Source: an uncultured Gammaproteobacteria bacterium (GTDB lineage Bacteria; Patescibacteriota; Microgenomatia; CAZETR01; Amesbacteraceae). Taken from it: 64,000 nt of DNA. Shown here in pieces: positions 55,866-64,000 of the stretch; position 1 is the stretch's first letter; each line of letters opens with the position of its first letter. A program made the position numbers and the translations under genes. The stretch lies in NCBI GenBank assembly GCA_964356225.1, contig CAYHGA010000001.1, forward strand, positions 104,220 to 168,219, in the 5' to 3' direction. The notes beneath the pieces were generated by a model. That model saw nothing but the letters and a program-made list of their open reading frames with translations, did not search any database and had not been told where the DNA came from.

Positions 55866-57620
55866 GTGAAGAAGTTCATAGTTATTAGTTCATGGTTCAT
55901 GGTAATTTTGGTGGCGGCGACGGAGGTAAAAGCGGACGAGTGTGATAATCCGGGGAGTTTGACGGATTCAGTGCAAATTTCTCAATGTATAGGGAAATTT
56001 AGCGGGATTGCGGATGCAATTTCCAGAGCTAATTCAACAAATCAGAGTGAATTAAATTCGCTCAATGCGCAAATCGCAAAGCTCAAAGCGCAAATAACCA
56101 ATATGAATCTGCAGATTCAGAAATTGCAGGCAGATGTGTTTGAGAGGCAGGTAAAGATTGGGGTGAGGGAGACACTATTGGCGGCGCGGGTAAAGCAGGA
56201 TTATTTGCGTAAACGGGACCAGACGGTGCTGATGACGTTGTTTGCAGCGGATACTGCCCAAGAACTGTTTGCCGATCTGGCTTATAGAGAAAAGTTGGCT
56301 AGGGACGATCGGGAGGTCATTTCGTCTGTTTTGGCCGAAATTACAACGCTCAATGCTCAAAGCTCAATGCTCAATAGCCAAAAGAGTAATTTAGATGCGT
56401 TAAAGAAACGGGTGGATGATCAAGCCACGTGGCTGGCGGGGGAGGTGGCCAAGGCAAACGCTTATGTATCTGATTTATCGGGGAAAATTGCCTCGCTGAC
56501 GGCGCGACAAAACGAATTATTGGCAGCCAAGACGGGAACATATCAAACATCTGTGGGAGATGTGCCTTTGGCTGACGATGCCAACGCCCGACCCACTTTT
56601 GATCCTGGGTTTAGGCCTGCTTTTGCTGCTTTTTCCTTTGGGGTGCCCCATTTTAAAGGTATGAGCCAGTATGGGGCGTTTGGGAGAGCTAAAAACGGCC
56701 AGAGTGCGGAGACTATTTTGCACGCTTATTACGGAGATGTGGAGATTAAGAAAGATTATGACGCAGGTAGGCTGATAAGCGTTGCCGGCTATGGGCGGAT
56801 GGATATTGAAACGTATGTAAAAAGAATTTACGAAATGCCCAGTTCCTGGGGAGATGAGGGAGGAATTGAGGCTTTGAAAGCACAATCCGTAGCGGCGAGA
56901 TCGTACGCTCTAGCGTGGACCAGGGAGGGAACGGGAGGAGCAATTTGTACAACCGAAGCTTGTCAGGTTTATAAAAATGCCAACAAGGGAGGAAAATGGG
57001 AGGAAGCGGTTAACGCAACCAGGGGATGGGTACTGATGAAAGGCGGAAAGATAATTAGTGCCTGGTATGCTTCAACTTCGGGAGGGTATCAGGAATCTTA
57101 TAACGCATTGGCATATTTGCAAGACGGAAGCAGCTATAGTACGCCGGGTTTTTGGGATACTACTTCCGACTGGACCAGGTGGGCGGATGGGGCGTGGGAG
57201 GTTAAAGGAGGCAGCCCCTGGTTTTATAAAGGCTGGTATAAAGGTCGATCGGGAACCGCCTGTGGAAGAAGTCATCCTTGGTTGTCTGAAAACGAGTTTG
57301 CAGATATTGTGAATGCGGCGTTGGTATATAGCAATGGTGGGGATGCCAGTGGAATTTTTCCTACCGATGGATGTTTGGGCCAAACGGGATGGGATAAAGC
57401 CAGAATGGCTGTGGAGGCCGATAAATATGGAGGTCGGGTGAGTAGTGTGAGTAGTGTGCGGGTGGACCACGGCAACAATGGGGTGACCAACAAAGTAATT
57501 CTGTCTACCAATAGAGGAAACGTAGAAATTTCGGGAACGAATTTTTACAAAGTATTTAATTTGCGGGCGCCGGGGGCAATTCATCTGACCAGTGGATTAT
57601 TTAATGTGGAGAAGAAGTGA
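55866..57620 (+). CDS. Coiled-coil and SpoIID/LytB domain protein
   Basis: Signal peptide, coiled coil, GMSQYGA, EALKAQSVAARSYA, CQVY. Confidence 0.9.
   Translation: MKKFIVISSWFMVILVAATEVKADECDNPGSLTDSVQISQCIGKFSGIADAISRANSTNQSELNSLNAQIAKLKAQITNMNLQIQKLQADVFERQVKIGVRETLLAARVKQDYLRKRDQTVLMTLFAADTAQELFADLAYREKLARDDREVISSVLAEITTLNAQSSMLNSQKSNLDALKKRVDDQATWLAGEVAKANAYVSDLSGKIASLTARQNELLAAKTGTYQTSVGDVPLADDANARPTFDPGFRPAFAAFSFGVPHFKGMSQYGAFGRAKNGQSAETILHAYYGDVEIKKDYDAGRLISVAGYGRMDIETYVKRIYEMPSSWGDEGGIEALKAQSVAARSYALAWTREGTGGAICTTEACQVYKNANKGGKWEEAVNATRGWVLMKGGKIISAWYASTSGGYQESYNALAYLQDGSSYSTPGFWDTTSDWTRWADGAWEVKGGSPWFYKGWYKGRSGTACGRSHPWLSENEFADIVNAALVYSNGGDASGIFPTDGCLGQTGWDKARMAVEADKYGGRVSSVSSVRVDHGNNGVTNKVILSTNRGNVEISGTNFYKVFNLRAPGAIHLTSGLFNVEKK
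55874..55903 (+). repeat. GTTCATG array in the signal peptide
   Basis: gttcata gttatta gttcatg gttcatg. Confidence 0.8.
56345..56375 (+). repeat. AATGCTC array
   Basis: aacgctc aatgctc aaagctc aatgctc. Confidence 0.85.
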
Positions 57621-57632
57621 TACAATTTAGCT

Positions 57633-58289
57633 ATGGTGGAGGTGTATAAAGCAGGAGGGCAGGGCGAGAAGATGGGAGTAAGGGCTTGGTGGAAGGAGTT
57701 GGTGGACGAGGTGCTGGCCAAAGTGGGAGAAGAGCCCAGGAGGGCGCTGTTGGGGGCGTTTTGCGTACGGCCGGATCAGAGATTTATGACTCAGCAGGAG
57801 GATGAGGAGATTGTGTTGCTACTGCGAGCGCATCCGATTACTAATATAGGATGGGTGCTGATCGTGATTTTGACATTGATACTACCGGGGGTTATTTTGG
57901 GAACAGGAGTGTTTGCGGCGGTACCGGGAAAATTCGTATTAGTGGGTAAACTGGTGTGGTACCTGGTGACATTAATGTACGCCATGGAGCGATTTTTATT
58001 TTGGTATTACTCGATATTTATTGTGACTAACGAGCGGTTGGTGGATATAGATTTTTATAATCTTATGCATCGGGTGGTGACATATGCAAATTTAAACCAT
58101 ATCGAAGAGCCGGCTTCGGTCGTGGGGGGCTTTATCCGTTCGTTGTTTCAATATGGCAATGTTTGGGTAACCACTGCTTCGGAAAAACCCACGGTCGAAG
58201 CATTAAGAGTACCTTATCCGGATAAAGTGGTAGATATCATTAGCAGGCTCTCGGAAGAGCTGGAGAAGCGAAGGGAGAGGGGTGAATAG
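57633..58289 (+). CDS. Membrane protein with bacterial PH-like domain
   Basis: LLLRAH, 2 TM, IVTNERLVDIDF..YGNV..TA. Confidence 0.8.
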   Translation: MVEVYKAGGQGEKMGVRAWWKELVDEVLAKVGEEPRRALLGAFCVRPDQRFMTQQEDEEIVLLLRAHPITNIGWVLIVILTLILPGVILGTGVFAAVPGKFVLVGKLVWYLVTLMYAMERFLFWYYSIFIVTNERLVDIDFYNLMHRVVTYANLNHIEEPASVVGGFIRSLFQYGNVWVTTASEKPTVEALRVPYPDKVVDIISRLSEELEKRRERGE

Positions 58290-58521
58290 TTCAGAGTTCA
58301 TAGTTAATAGTTTGGAGAAAATTACCCTGTTTGGGATGGTGAAGTGGATGTTTGTGGCGGGATTGGTGATGTATGTAGCTTTCTCGGTAATAATTGTAAG
58401 GCAGGTGGGAGTGATGACGGAGGCGATAGAGGATGATATAAACGGGATAATTTCGTTGTTTGCCTGGGTGCATCTGCTCTTGGCTATCGCATTGGTAGTT
58501 TTGGCCATTGCGGTGCTGTAA
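58282..58521 (+). CDS. Small membrane protein (DUF5657-like)
   Basis: YVAFSVIIVRQV..M; N-terminus formed by an ATAGTTC array (58286-58313). Confidence 0.7.
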   Translation: MNSSEFIVNSLEKITLFGMVKWMFVAGLVMYVAFSVIIVRQVGVMTEAIEDDINGIISLFAWVHLLLAIALVVLAIAVL

Positions 58522-58526
58522 CCTAA

Positions 58527-60368
58527 ATGGAAGTATTTATTGGCAAAATAGTGGGAAGGATTAGCCAGAAACGGTGGGCGCAGGTGTACGATTTTGCGCA
58601 CGAAACCCGGGGAAGATTAATAGTGGCGGCCAGTTTGGCGGAAAGAGAAGGAAAAACGGAGATGGAAATGGTGGAAATGGGCCGGGAATTGCTGGCCCGG
58701 ATACACGAAATATACTTTGGCAGCTTGGAAGAAGAGGCGATGAAAAATCTGAAATTGGCAATGGAGACGGTAGAGACCGAGTTTGAGGGGGCAGAAATGG
58801 CGGCGTTGGCGGTGGCGGGCGAGGCGTTATATGTGATGGTGAATGCGGGCGGGGCGTGGGCGAAGGTGGGGGGAAAAGAAGGATGGGTGATGAACCCGAA
58901 TGACAAATCACAAATGACAAATGACAAAACAAAAGTGTTGAGCAGCTGGGCGAAAGACCAGGAGACGATAGTTTTTGGGAACGGCCGGTTTTGGGAAGAG
59001 TTGCCGCTGGGTACAGTAAGAGCGGCGGTGGAAAATGGGGATATGGAGGCGGCGGTAGAAACATTGGGGGCGGTGGTGCATGGGGGAGAAAAAGGAGAAG
59101 GAGCGGCGGGAGTAATTGTAAAAATATCCAAGGTTCAAAGTTCAATGCCCAATAAAGCTCCAGAACCGGAACTGCCCAAAAAAATAAAAAGACCCTTTAA
59201 ATTGCCGGAGATTAAGCTGCCGAAGATAAAGTGGCCCAGTTTGCCAAACCGGGGGCCGGTGTATGTGGTGAGGGGGAATAAAGAATTGAACCGGAAGAGG
59301 ACAATGTGGGCGGGGATAGGGTTTTTGGTGGTGCTGGTACTTTTGGTTAGCGGTTGGATGTGGAGTGAGCGGAACAAGGCTATTAAGCAGAGTGTCCAGA
59401 ACAAGCAGATTGAGACTATCCAGGAAAAATTTAATGAGGCCAAAGCAGTAGTGACGCTGAATCCAGCCAGAAGTAGGGAATTGTTGAAAGAAGTAGAGCC
59501 GGAAGTGCAAAAATTTAAAGGGACAAAAAAAATTGACCAGAGAATGACAGCAATATTAGGAGAATGGGATGGAGTATGGAATCAGGCGATGGGAACTAAG
59601 CCGGTGAATCCGGAGTTGATAATAGACTTAGGGCTTGTGAGGGAAGGGATGACAGGAGAAAAGCTAGAGATGAGAGATGGGAAACTAGAGGTGCTGGACA
59701 CTCAAGGTGGGAGGCTAGTGGAAGTTGATGCGGAGAAGAAAAGCGCTGAAGTGGTAGCGGGGAAAGGAGATTTGGGTGAAGTCAGGCTAATGGCTACATA
59801 TCCGGGGAAAACCACGATCCTTTCGGAGAAAGGGATAATCGAATGTCAAATGTCAAATGTCAAATGTCAAATCGTTGTAAAAGCGGATGATGAGTGGGGA
59901 GAGATTGTGGATATGGGGATGTGGGGGGGAAATATTTATCTGCTGTCTAAAACGGGGATATGGAAGCTCCAGGGAGGAGAGAGCGGATATGGAACCAAAC
60001 AAGCGTGGTTAGCTAAGGCGGAAGACACAACCAGTCTAAGTCTAAGTCAAAGTATGGCGATTGATGGAAGTGTTTGGGTGACAGCCGGAGGAAAAATACT
60101 GAAATATACAAGAGGGGTGAAAGAGAATTTTGAAATAAGCGGGGTGGAGGGGATGAGCGGAGACGTGATATATACGGATGATGAGACGGAAAAATTATAT
60201 GTGTTGGATGCGGCAAATGGGCGGGTGGTGGTATTGGCTAAAACAGGAGAGTATGAGAGTCAATATATGAGTGAAGAAATGAAGAAAGCGACAGGGCTGG
60301 TGGTGGACGGGAAGGCGGGAAAGATATATTTATTGGCGGGGAGCAAGGTTTATGAAATTAATAAATGA
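58527..60368 (+). CDS. Membrane protein: degenerate PP2C-like N-domain, TM, beta-propeller C-domain
   Basis: Single TM; GNIYLL, MAIDGSVWV, LYVLD propeller blades; carries four arrays. Confidence 0.7.
   Translation: MEVFIGKIVGRISQKRWAQVYDFAHETRGRLIVAASLAEREGKTEMEMVEMGRELLARIHEIYFGSLEEEAMKNLKLAMETVETEFEGAEMAALAVAGEALYVMVNAGGAWAKVGGKEGWVMNPNDKSQMTNDKTKVLSSWAKDQETIVFGNGRFWEELPLGTVRAAVENGDMEAAVETLGAVVHGGEKGEGAAGVIVKISKVQSSMPNKAPEPELPKKIKRPFKLPEIKLPKIKWPSLPNRGPVYVVRGNKELNRKRTMWAGIGFLVVLVLLVSGWMWSERNKAIKQSVQNKQIETIQEKFNEAKAVVTLNPARSRELLKEVEPEVQKFKGTKKIDQRMTAILGEWDGVWNQAMGTKPVNPELIIDLGLVREGMTGEKLEMRDGKLEVLDTQGGRLVEVDAEKKSAEVVAGKGDLGEVRLMATYPGKTTILSEKGIIECQMSNVKCQIVVKADDEWGEIVDMGMWGGNIYLLSKTGIWKLQGGESGYGTKQAWLAKAEDTTSLSLSQSMAIDGSVWVTAGGKILKYTRGVKENFEISGVEGMSGDVIYTDDETEKLYVLDAANGRVVVLAKTGEYESQYMSEEMKKATGLVVDGKAGKIYLLAGSKVYEINK
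58899..58928 (+). repeat. AATGACA array
   Basis: aatgaca aatcaca aatgaca aatgaca. Confidence 0.85.
59842..59872 (+). repeat. AATGTCA x4 perfect array
   Basis: aatgtca x4; encodes CQMSNVKCQ. Confidence 0.9.
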
Positions 60369-60795
60369 CAAAGCGAAGTTTAATTATGAATTGGGGGAAA
60401 GGGTTGAGACGGGGATAGTGCTGACAGGGCCGGAAGTAAAGTCGGTGAAATTGGGGCAAATAGATATGTCGAGCGCGCACGTTCGAATTCAAAATTCAAA
60501 ATTCAAAAGTCAAAATGAAGTTGCGGTAGTTGGTTTGCATATTTATCCTTATAAACACGCGGACAATACTAATTACGATCCGCAAAGGAGCAGAAAATTA
60601 TTGCTGCATCAGAGAGAGATTTTGAGGCTTTTAAGTAAAATGAGACAGGGCCGGTTGATGCTGGTGCCGACGGCGATGTATACCAAAGAAGGCAAAATAA
60701 AGCTGGAAATAGCTTTAGCGAGAGGGAAGAAGAAATATGAGAAAAGAGAAGTGATTAAGAAAAGAGATATAGAGCGGGAAAGCAGGAGAGTATAA
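60352..60795 (+). CDS. smpB: SsrA-binding protein
   Basis: GIVLTGPEVKS, RKLLLH, LARGKKKYEKR. Confidence 0.97.
   Translation: MKLINDKAKFNYELGERVETGIVLTGPEVKSVKLGQIDMSSAHVRIQNSKFKSQNEVAVVGLHIYPYKHADNTNYDPQRSRKLLLHQREILRLLSKMRQGRLMLVPTAMYTKEGKIKLEIALARGKKKYEKREVIKKRDIERESRRV
60486..60516 (+). repeat. AATTCAA array inside smpB
   Basis: aattcaa x3 then aagtcaa. Confidence 0.85.
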
Positions 60796-60799
60796 ATTG

Positions 60800-61134
60800 T
60801 GGAGGTGGCGGGAATTGAACCCGCGTCCGAAAAAGTTCTTCTAAAGCATCTACAAGCATAGTCTCGGAAAAGCGCCGGACCGCTTGGATTAGTTGATCTT
60901 TCTCCGATGTTGGTTAATCCTAACCTATCGGAGGCATCTCGATTTAATTACACCCTAGCCGGATTCTCGAGATAAATCCGGAAAGAATGCTCACTTTAGC
61001 TTAAGCAAAAGCGTACGCGAAGCGAGAAGTGTCGTATTGATTGACACTTAAGTTTCGAACCTGTTTTACGAGCCTGGTTCAAGCTCGGCTTGCAGCTTTT
61101 CAAAGTACATTTCCCGTCGAATCCTGTCACCCCC
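60800..61134 (-). ncRNA. ssrA: tmRNA
   Basis: 5' GGGGGTGACAGGATTCGAC; 3' GCGGGTTCAATTCCCGCCACCTCCA with G3-U70; tag ORF 61045-61001 VNQYDTSRFAYAFA*; convergent with smpB. Confidence 0.95.
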
Positions 61135-61176
61135 AACTGCCCTGTAGTATAGCATATTTTGGGGTATATTTAAAGA

Positions 61177-61848
61177 ATGTGGCTGTTAGATTTTTTGTGG
61201 CCCAAAAAATGTGTGAATTGTGGGAGATTTGGGAGCTACGTATGTGATTCTTGTAAGGTTGGATTGTGGGAAGAGGAGCAGATTTGCCCGATTTGCACGA
61301 GAAATTCCAGATACGGTTTGCCGCATAAATATTGCCATAAATCCTGGGGATTAGACGGGCTGGTATGTTTGTGGAGCTATGACGGAATAGCGAAGAAAAT
61401 AATTAAGAAAGCCAAGTACAAGTATTTTTATGATGTGCTGGGAGAACTAATAAATTTGCCGGAAGGTGAGGAGTATTTTTACTTTAGGAAGTTCTTGGAA
61501 AATAAGCCGGGGGTGGTGCCGGTGCCGTTGCATGAGAAGAGATATAGGGAGAGGGGGTTTAATCAGGCTGATGTAATCGGCCAGGCATTCGCTACGCGTC
61601 ATAAATTGGCATGCAATAGCCATTTGTTGTTAAGGACTAGAGATACTGGACATCAGGCTGGACGCGAACGCCCCGAAAGGTTGATGGCAGTTAAAGATGC
61701 TTTTCAACTAAAGACTAAAGATCAGTTGCCAAGGACTATTTTATTGGTGGACGACGTGTGGACGACGGGGGCCACCATGTGCGAATGCTGCCGGGTCCTT
61801 AAAATGGCCGGGGTAAAAAATGTGTGGGGGCTAGTTCTAGCCAGATAA
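61177..61848 (+). CDS. comF: ComF family protein
   Basis: CxxC pairs, VPVPLH, ERGFNQ, LVDDVWTTGAT. Confidence 0.93.
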   Translation: MWLLDFLWPKKCVNCGRFGSYVCDSCKVGLWEEEQICPICTRNSRYGLPHKYCHKSWGLDGLVCLWSYDGIAKKIIKKAKYKYFYDVLGELINLPEGEEYFYFRKFLENKPGVVPVPLHEKRYRERGFNQADVIGQAFATRHKLACNSHLLLRTRDTGHQAGRERPERLMAVKDAFQLKTKDQLPRTILLVDDVWTTGATMCECCRVLKMAGVKNVWGLVLAR

Positions 61849-61912
61849 AATTTTTAATTTTCAATTTTAAATTTTTAATCAATATCAAATGTTATAGAAT
61901 TTAAATTTCAAA
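61849..61912 (+). repeat. AATTTTT module filling the comF-dus intergenic region
   Basis: aattttt aattttc aatttta aattttt aatc aatatca. Confidence 0.85.
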
Positions 61913-62877
61913 TGAATCTTTGGCAAAAACTTGCTAAATCTAAAAAACCATTTTTGGCGTTGGCGCCGATGGAGGAGGTAACGGATACGGTGTTTCGGCA
62001 AATAATCAGCAAGATCAGCAAACCAAATGTGATGTTTACGGAGTTTGCGAATGTAGAAGGACTAATGTCAGTGGGAAGAGATGAAGTGATTAAGAGATTA
62101 AGATATGAAGAAATAGAGCGGCCGATGGTGGCCCAGATTTGGGGGAAAGATCCCAAGAACTTTTGCGAAGCGACTAAGTTGATTAAGAGATTAAGATTTG
62201 ATGGGGTAGACATCAACATGGGGTGTCCGGAGAAGGATGTGGTCAAAAATGGTTGTTGTATAGCCCTTATAAATAATCGGAGCTTGGCAAAGGAGATAAT
62301 TGATGCTGTAAAAAGAGGAGTGGGAAAATTACCAGTGAGTGTAAAAACGAGAATTGGGTTGGATAAAATAGTAACGGAAGACTGGTGCGGATTTTTACTG
62401 GAGCAGAAAATAGATGCCTTGACGATGCATGGGCGGACGGCCAAGGAGAAATCGGATGTGCCGGCGCACTGGGAGGAAATTGCAAAAGTCGTTAGTCTAA
62501 GAGACAAGTCTAAGTCTAAGACGATAATAATTGGCAACGGAGATATACGCAGCGCTCAGGAAGCAGTGCTCAGTGCTCAGAAGTACGGAGTTGATGGAGT
62601 GATGATTGGGAGGGGAGTGTTTGAGAATATTGCCTGCTTCAGTGCTAAGGGCCAAGTGCTAAGTGCTCAGGAGAATATTAATTTACTGCGGGAGCATCTG
62701 GAGTTGTGGGGGAAAACATGGGGGGAGACTAAGAACTTTGCCATTATGAAAAAATTTGTGAAGGTGTATATCAAGGGATGGGAAGGAGCGGGAGAGCTGA
62801 GGGCCAGACTGTTTGAAACTAACTCTTTGGCAGAGATGGCAGAACTGGCGGAGGAGGTGGGATTCGAACCCACGTGA
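61912..62877 (+). CDS. tRNA-dihydrouridine synthase
   Basis: LAPM, DINMGCP, VSVKTRIG, HGRT, GNGDI, GVMIGRG. Confidence 0.95.
   Translation: MNLWQKLAKSKKPFLALAPMEEVTDTVFRQIISKISKPNVMFTEFANVEGLMSVGRDEVIKRLRYEEIERPMVAQIWGKDPKNFCEATKLIKRLRFDGVDINMGCPEKDVVKNGCCIALINNRSLAKEIIDAVKRGVGKLPVSVKTRIGLDKIVTEDWCGFLLEQKIDALTMHGRTAKEKSDVPAHWEEIAKVVSLRDKSKSKTIIIGNGDIRSAQEAVLSAQKYGVDGVMIGRGVFENIACFSAKGQVLSAQENINLLREHLELWGKTWGETKNFAIMKKFVKVYIKGWEGAGELRARLFETNSLAEMAELAEEVGFEPT
62551..62670 (+). repeat. Two AGTGCTC arrays inside dus
   Basis: agcgctc aggaagc agtgctc agtgctc (62551) and agtgcta agggcca agtgcta agtgctc (62641). Confidence 0.8.
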
Positions 62878-62938
62878 GCCTTTTACGGCTCAGGAGTTTA
62901 GCAAACTCCCCGAATGGACCAGGCTATCGGACTCCTCC
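62846..62938 (-). tRNA. tRNA-Ser(GCT)
   Basis: GGAGGAG/CTCCTCC acceptor, GGAGT-TTGCTAA-ACTCC, long variable arm, GCCA end. Confidence 0.95.
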
Positions 62939-62950
62939 AGCTCCCCTATT

Positions 62951-63058
62951 TTACTTCCTTTTCCCTTTTTTCTCACGAATTGCGTCCGCCCAGTATACCA
63001 AGGCTATTACCAAAAGAATCACAGCCCCAAAAAGATAAAAACTATTCAACCCTACCAT
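62951..63058 (-). CDS. 35-aa single-TM peptide
   Basis: MVGLNSFYLFGAVILLVIALVYWADAIREKKGKRK; TGATG-coupled to the upstream gene. Confidence 0.55.
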   Translation of the reverse strand: MVGLNSFYLFGAVILLVIALVYWADAIREKKGKRK

Positions 63059-63261
63059 CACCCTCGCCCCCCTTCAGACATTCTAGAAAATCTCAGGCTC
63101 AACCATAAACTTGCCAAAGTCAAAATTCCACCCCTTGCTACACTATCTCCATTCAAAACCGACCCTCCAGCAAAAAATGGCACAACTACCGACCCCAGAA
63201 ACAAAACCGAAACATTCCCCATCCATTCAGACAGTCTTTCGTACATTCCACCAGTAAACAT
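63058..63261 (-). CDS. 67-aa two-TM protein
   Basis: MFTGGMYERLSEW...; TGTTATACT 6 nt before ATG. Confidence 0.65.
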   Translation of the reverse strand: MFTGGMYERLSEWMGNVSVLFLGSVVVPFFAGGSVLNGDSVARGGILTLASLWLSLRFSRMSEGGRG

Positions 63262-63300
63262 ATTTTCAGTATAACACCAGAAGCGTATAATTAGCTTCAA

Positions 63301-63388
63301 GGAAGGGTCGCATAGCGGTCTAGTGCGTTGGTCTTGAAAACCAATGTGGGCTTCTTGCTCACCGTGGGTTCGAATCCCACCCCTTCCG
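63301..63388 (+). tRNA. tRNA-Ser(TGA)
   Basis: ggaaggg/cccttcc acceptor, ttggt-ctTGAaa-accaa, long variable arm. Confidence 0.95.
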
Positions 63389-63409
63389 CAAAAATGGTAT
63401 ATTTGATGC

Positions 63410-63904
63410 ATGGAGCAAGTGCAACAGGAAAAGGAATTAGTGAAGTGGGTAGCCATGGAGCGGCCGTATAAACCACTGGACCGGCAGATGTTTGTGACAG
63501 GGGTAGTAGTGGCTATTCTGGTGGGGGTGATAATGCTTCTGGCGGGGGAATTTATGGCCATTCTGGTGCTGGCGGCGGTGATTTTTGCTTATTATGTGTG
63601 GTCTACGGTACTGCCTCAGCAAGTGGAACATAGGATCACTACCCGGGGAATTCGGACAAGCGGGCAACTGTATTCCTGGGGGGAGATGGCCAGGTGGTGG
63701 GTGGAGGAAAAATGGGGAAGTAAACTACTGGTAGTGGAGACCCCGGTTAGCTGGCCAAAACAATTACATCTGGTGCTGGGGGCGGAAGAGGCAGTTGTGA
63801 GAGGCGTGATGGAAAAATACTTGTTGATGGAAAAACCAACGGAGACGGGAATGGATAAAGTGGGAAGATGGATAGGGGAAAAGTTTCCTCTGCAGGCGAA
63901 GTAA
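63410..63904 (+). CDS. Hypothetical membrane protein
   Basis: W.A.ERP, 2 TM, ITTRGI..YSW PH-like tail. Confidence 0.75.
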   Translation: MEQVQQEKELVKWVAMERPYKPLDRQMFVTGVVVAILVGVIMLLAGEFMAILVLAAVIFAYYVWSTVLPQQVEHRITTRGIRTSGQLYSWGEMARWWVEEKWGSKLLVVETPVSWPKQLHLVLGAEEAVVRGVMEKYLLMEKPTETGMDKVGRWIGEKFPLQAK

Positions 63905-63922
63905 GGTAAAATTGGCCTTGTT

Positions 63923-63994
63923 GCTCCCGTAGCTCAATGGATAGAGTAGGACTTTGCGGAAGTTCAGATGACCGTCCGATTCGGTCCGGGAGCA
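63923..63994 (+). tRNA. tRNA-Arg(GCG)
   Basis: gctcccg/cgggagc acceptor, ggact-ttGCGga-agttc, T arm gaccg-tccgatt-cggtc. Confidence 0.9.
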
Positions 63995-64000
63995 CAGATT

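Noticed and set aside
57438-57458. gtgagtagt x2 in the SpoIID gene
   Set aside because: In-frame 9-bp duplication encoding VSSVSSV; seen once and explained by the protein.
61706-61738. Weak GACTAAA periodicity in comF
   Set aside because: Only two good units; cannot be separated from chance.
62813-63561. ORFs 62813-63274 (+) and the 5' part of 63058-63561 (-)
   Set aside because: They span tRNA genes and are shadow ORFs; only 63058-63261 is kept.

Overview
Chromosomal window from a small-genome bacterium using genetic code 11. The gene content points to Patescibacteria/CPR, most likely Microgenomates (inference from the pilin/VirB4/PrgI cluster, DUF4012, DUF5674 and tRNA-Arg(GCG)). It holds housekeeping genes (metG, groES/EL, tsaE/D, valS, rplY, yidC-rnpA-rpmH-dnaA-oriC-dnaN, smpB/ssrA, dus), four tRNAs, an envelope glycosylation cluster, three toxin-antitoxin-like pairs and a ~19 kb T4SS/pilin-like locus. 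The most striking signal is about 35 short degenerate 7-bp (some 6- or 8-bp) tandem arrays. They sit in frame inside essential genes and almost all read the same way on the + strand. Two four-helix-bundle (IVP/bAvd-like) genes are each bracketed by INVERTED arrays of one of these repeat families, which suggests an undescribed repeat-seeding element. Other notable points: pervasive leaderless promoters, a GC skew that does not appear to flip at oriC, a circularly permuted GH5-like domain, a TA cassette flanked by 18-bp direct repeats, and a candidate structured ncRNA. All family assignments come from motif recognition by eye; no searches were run.
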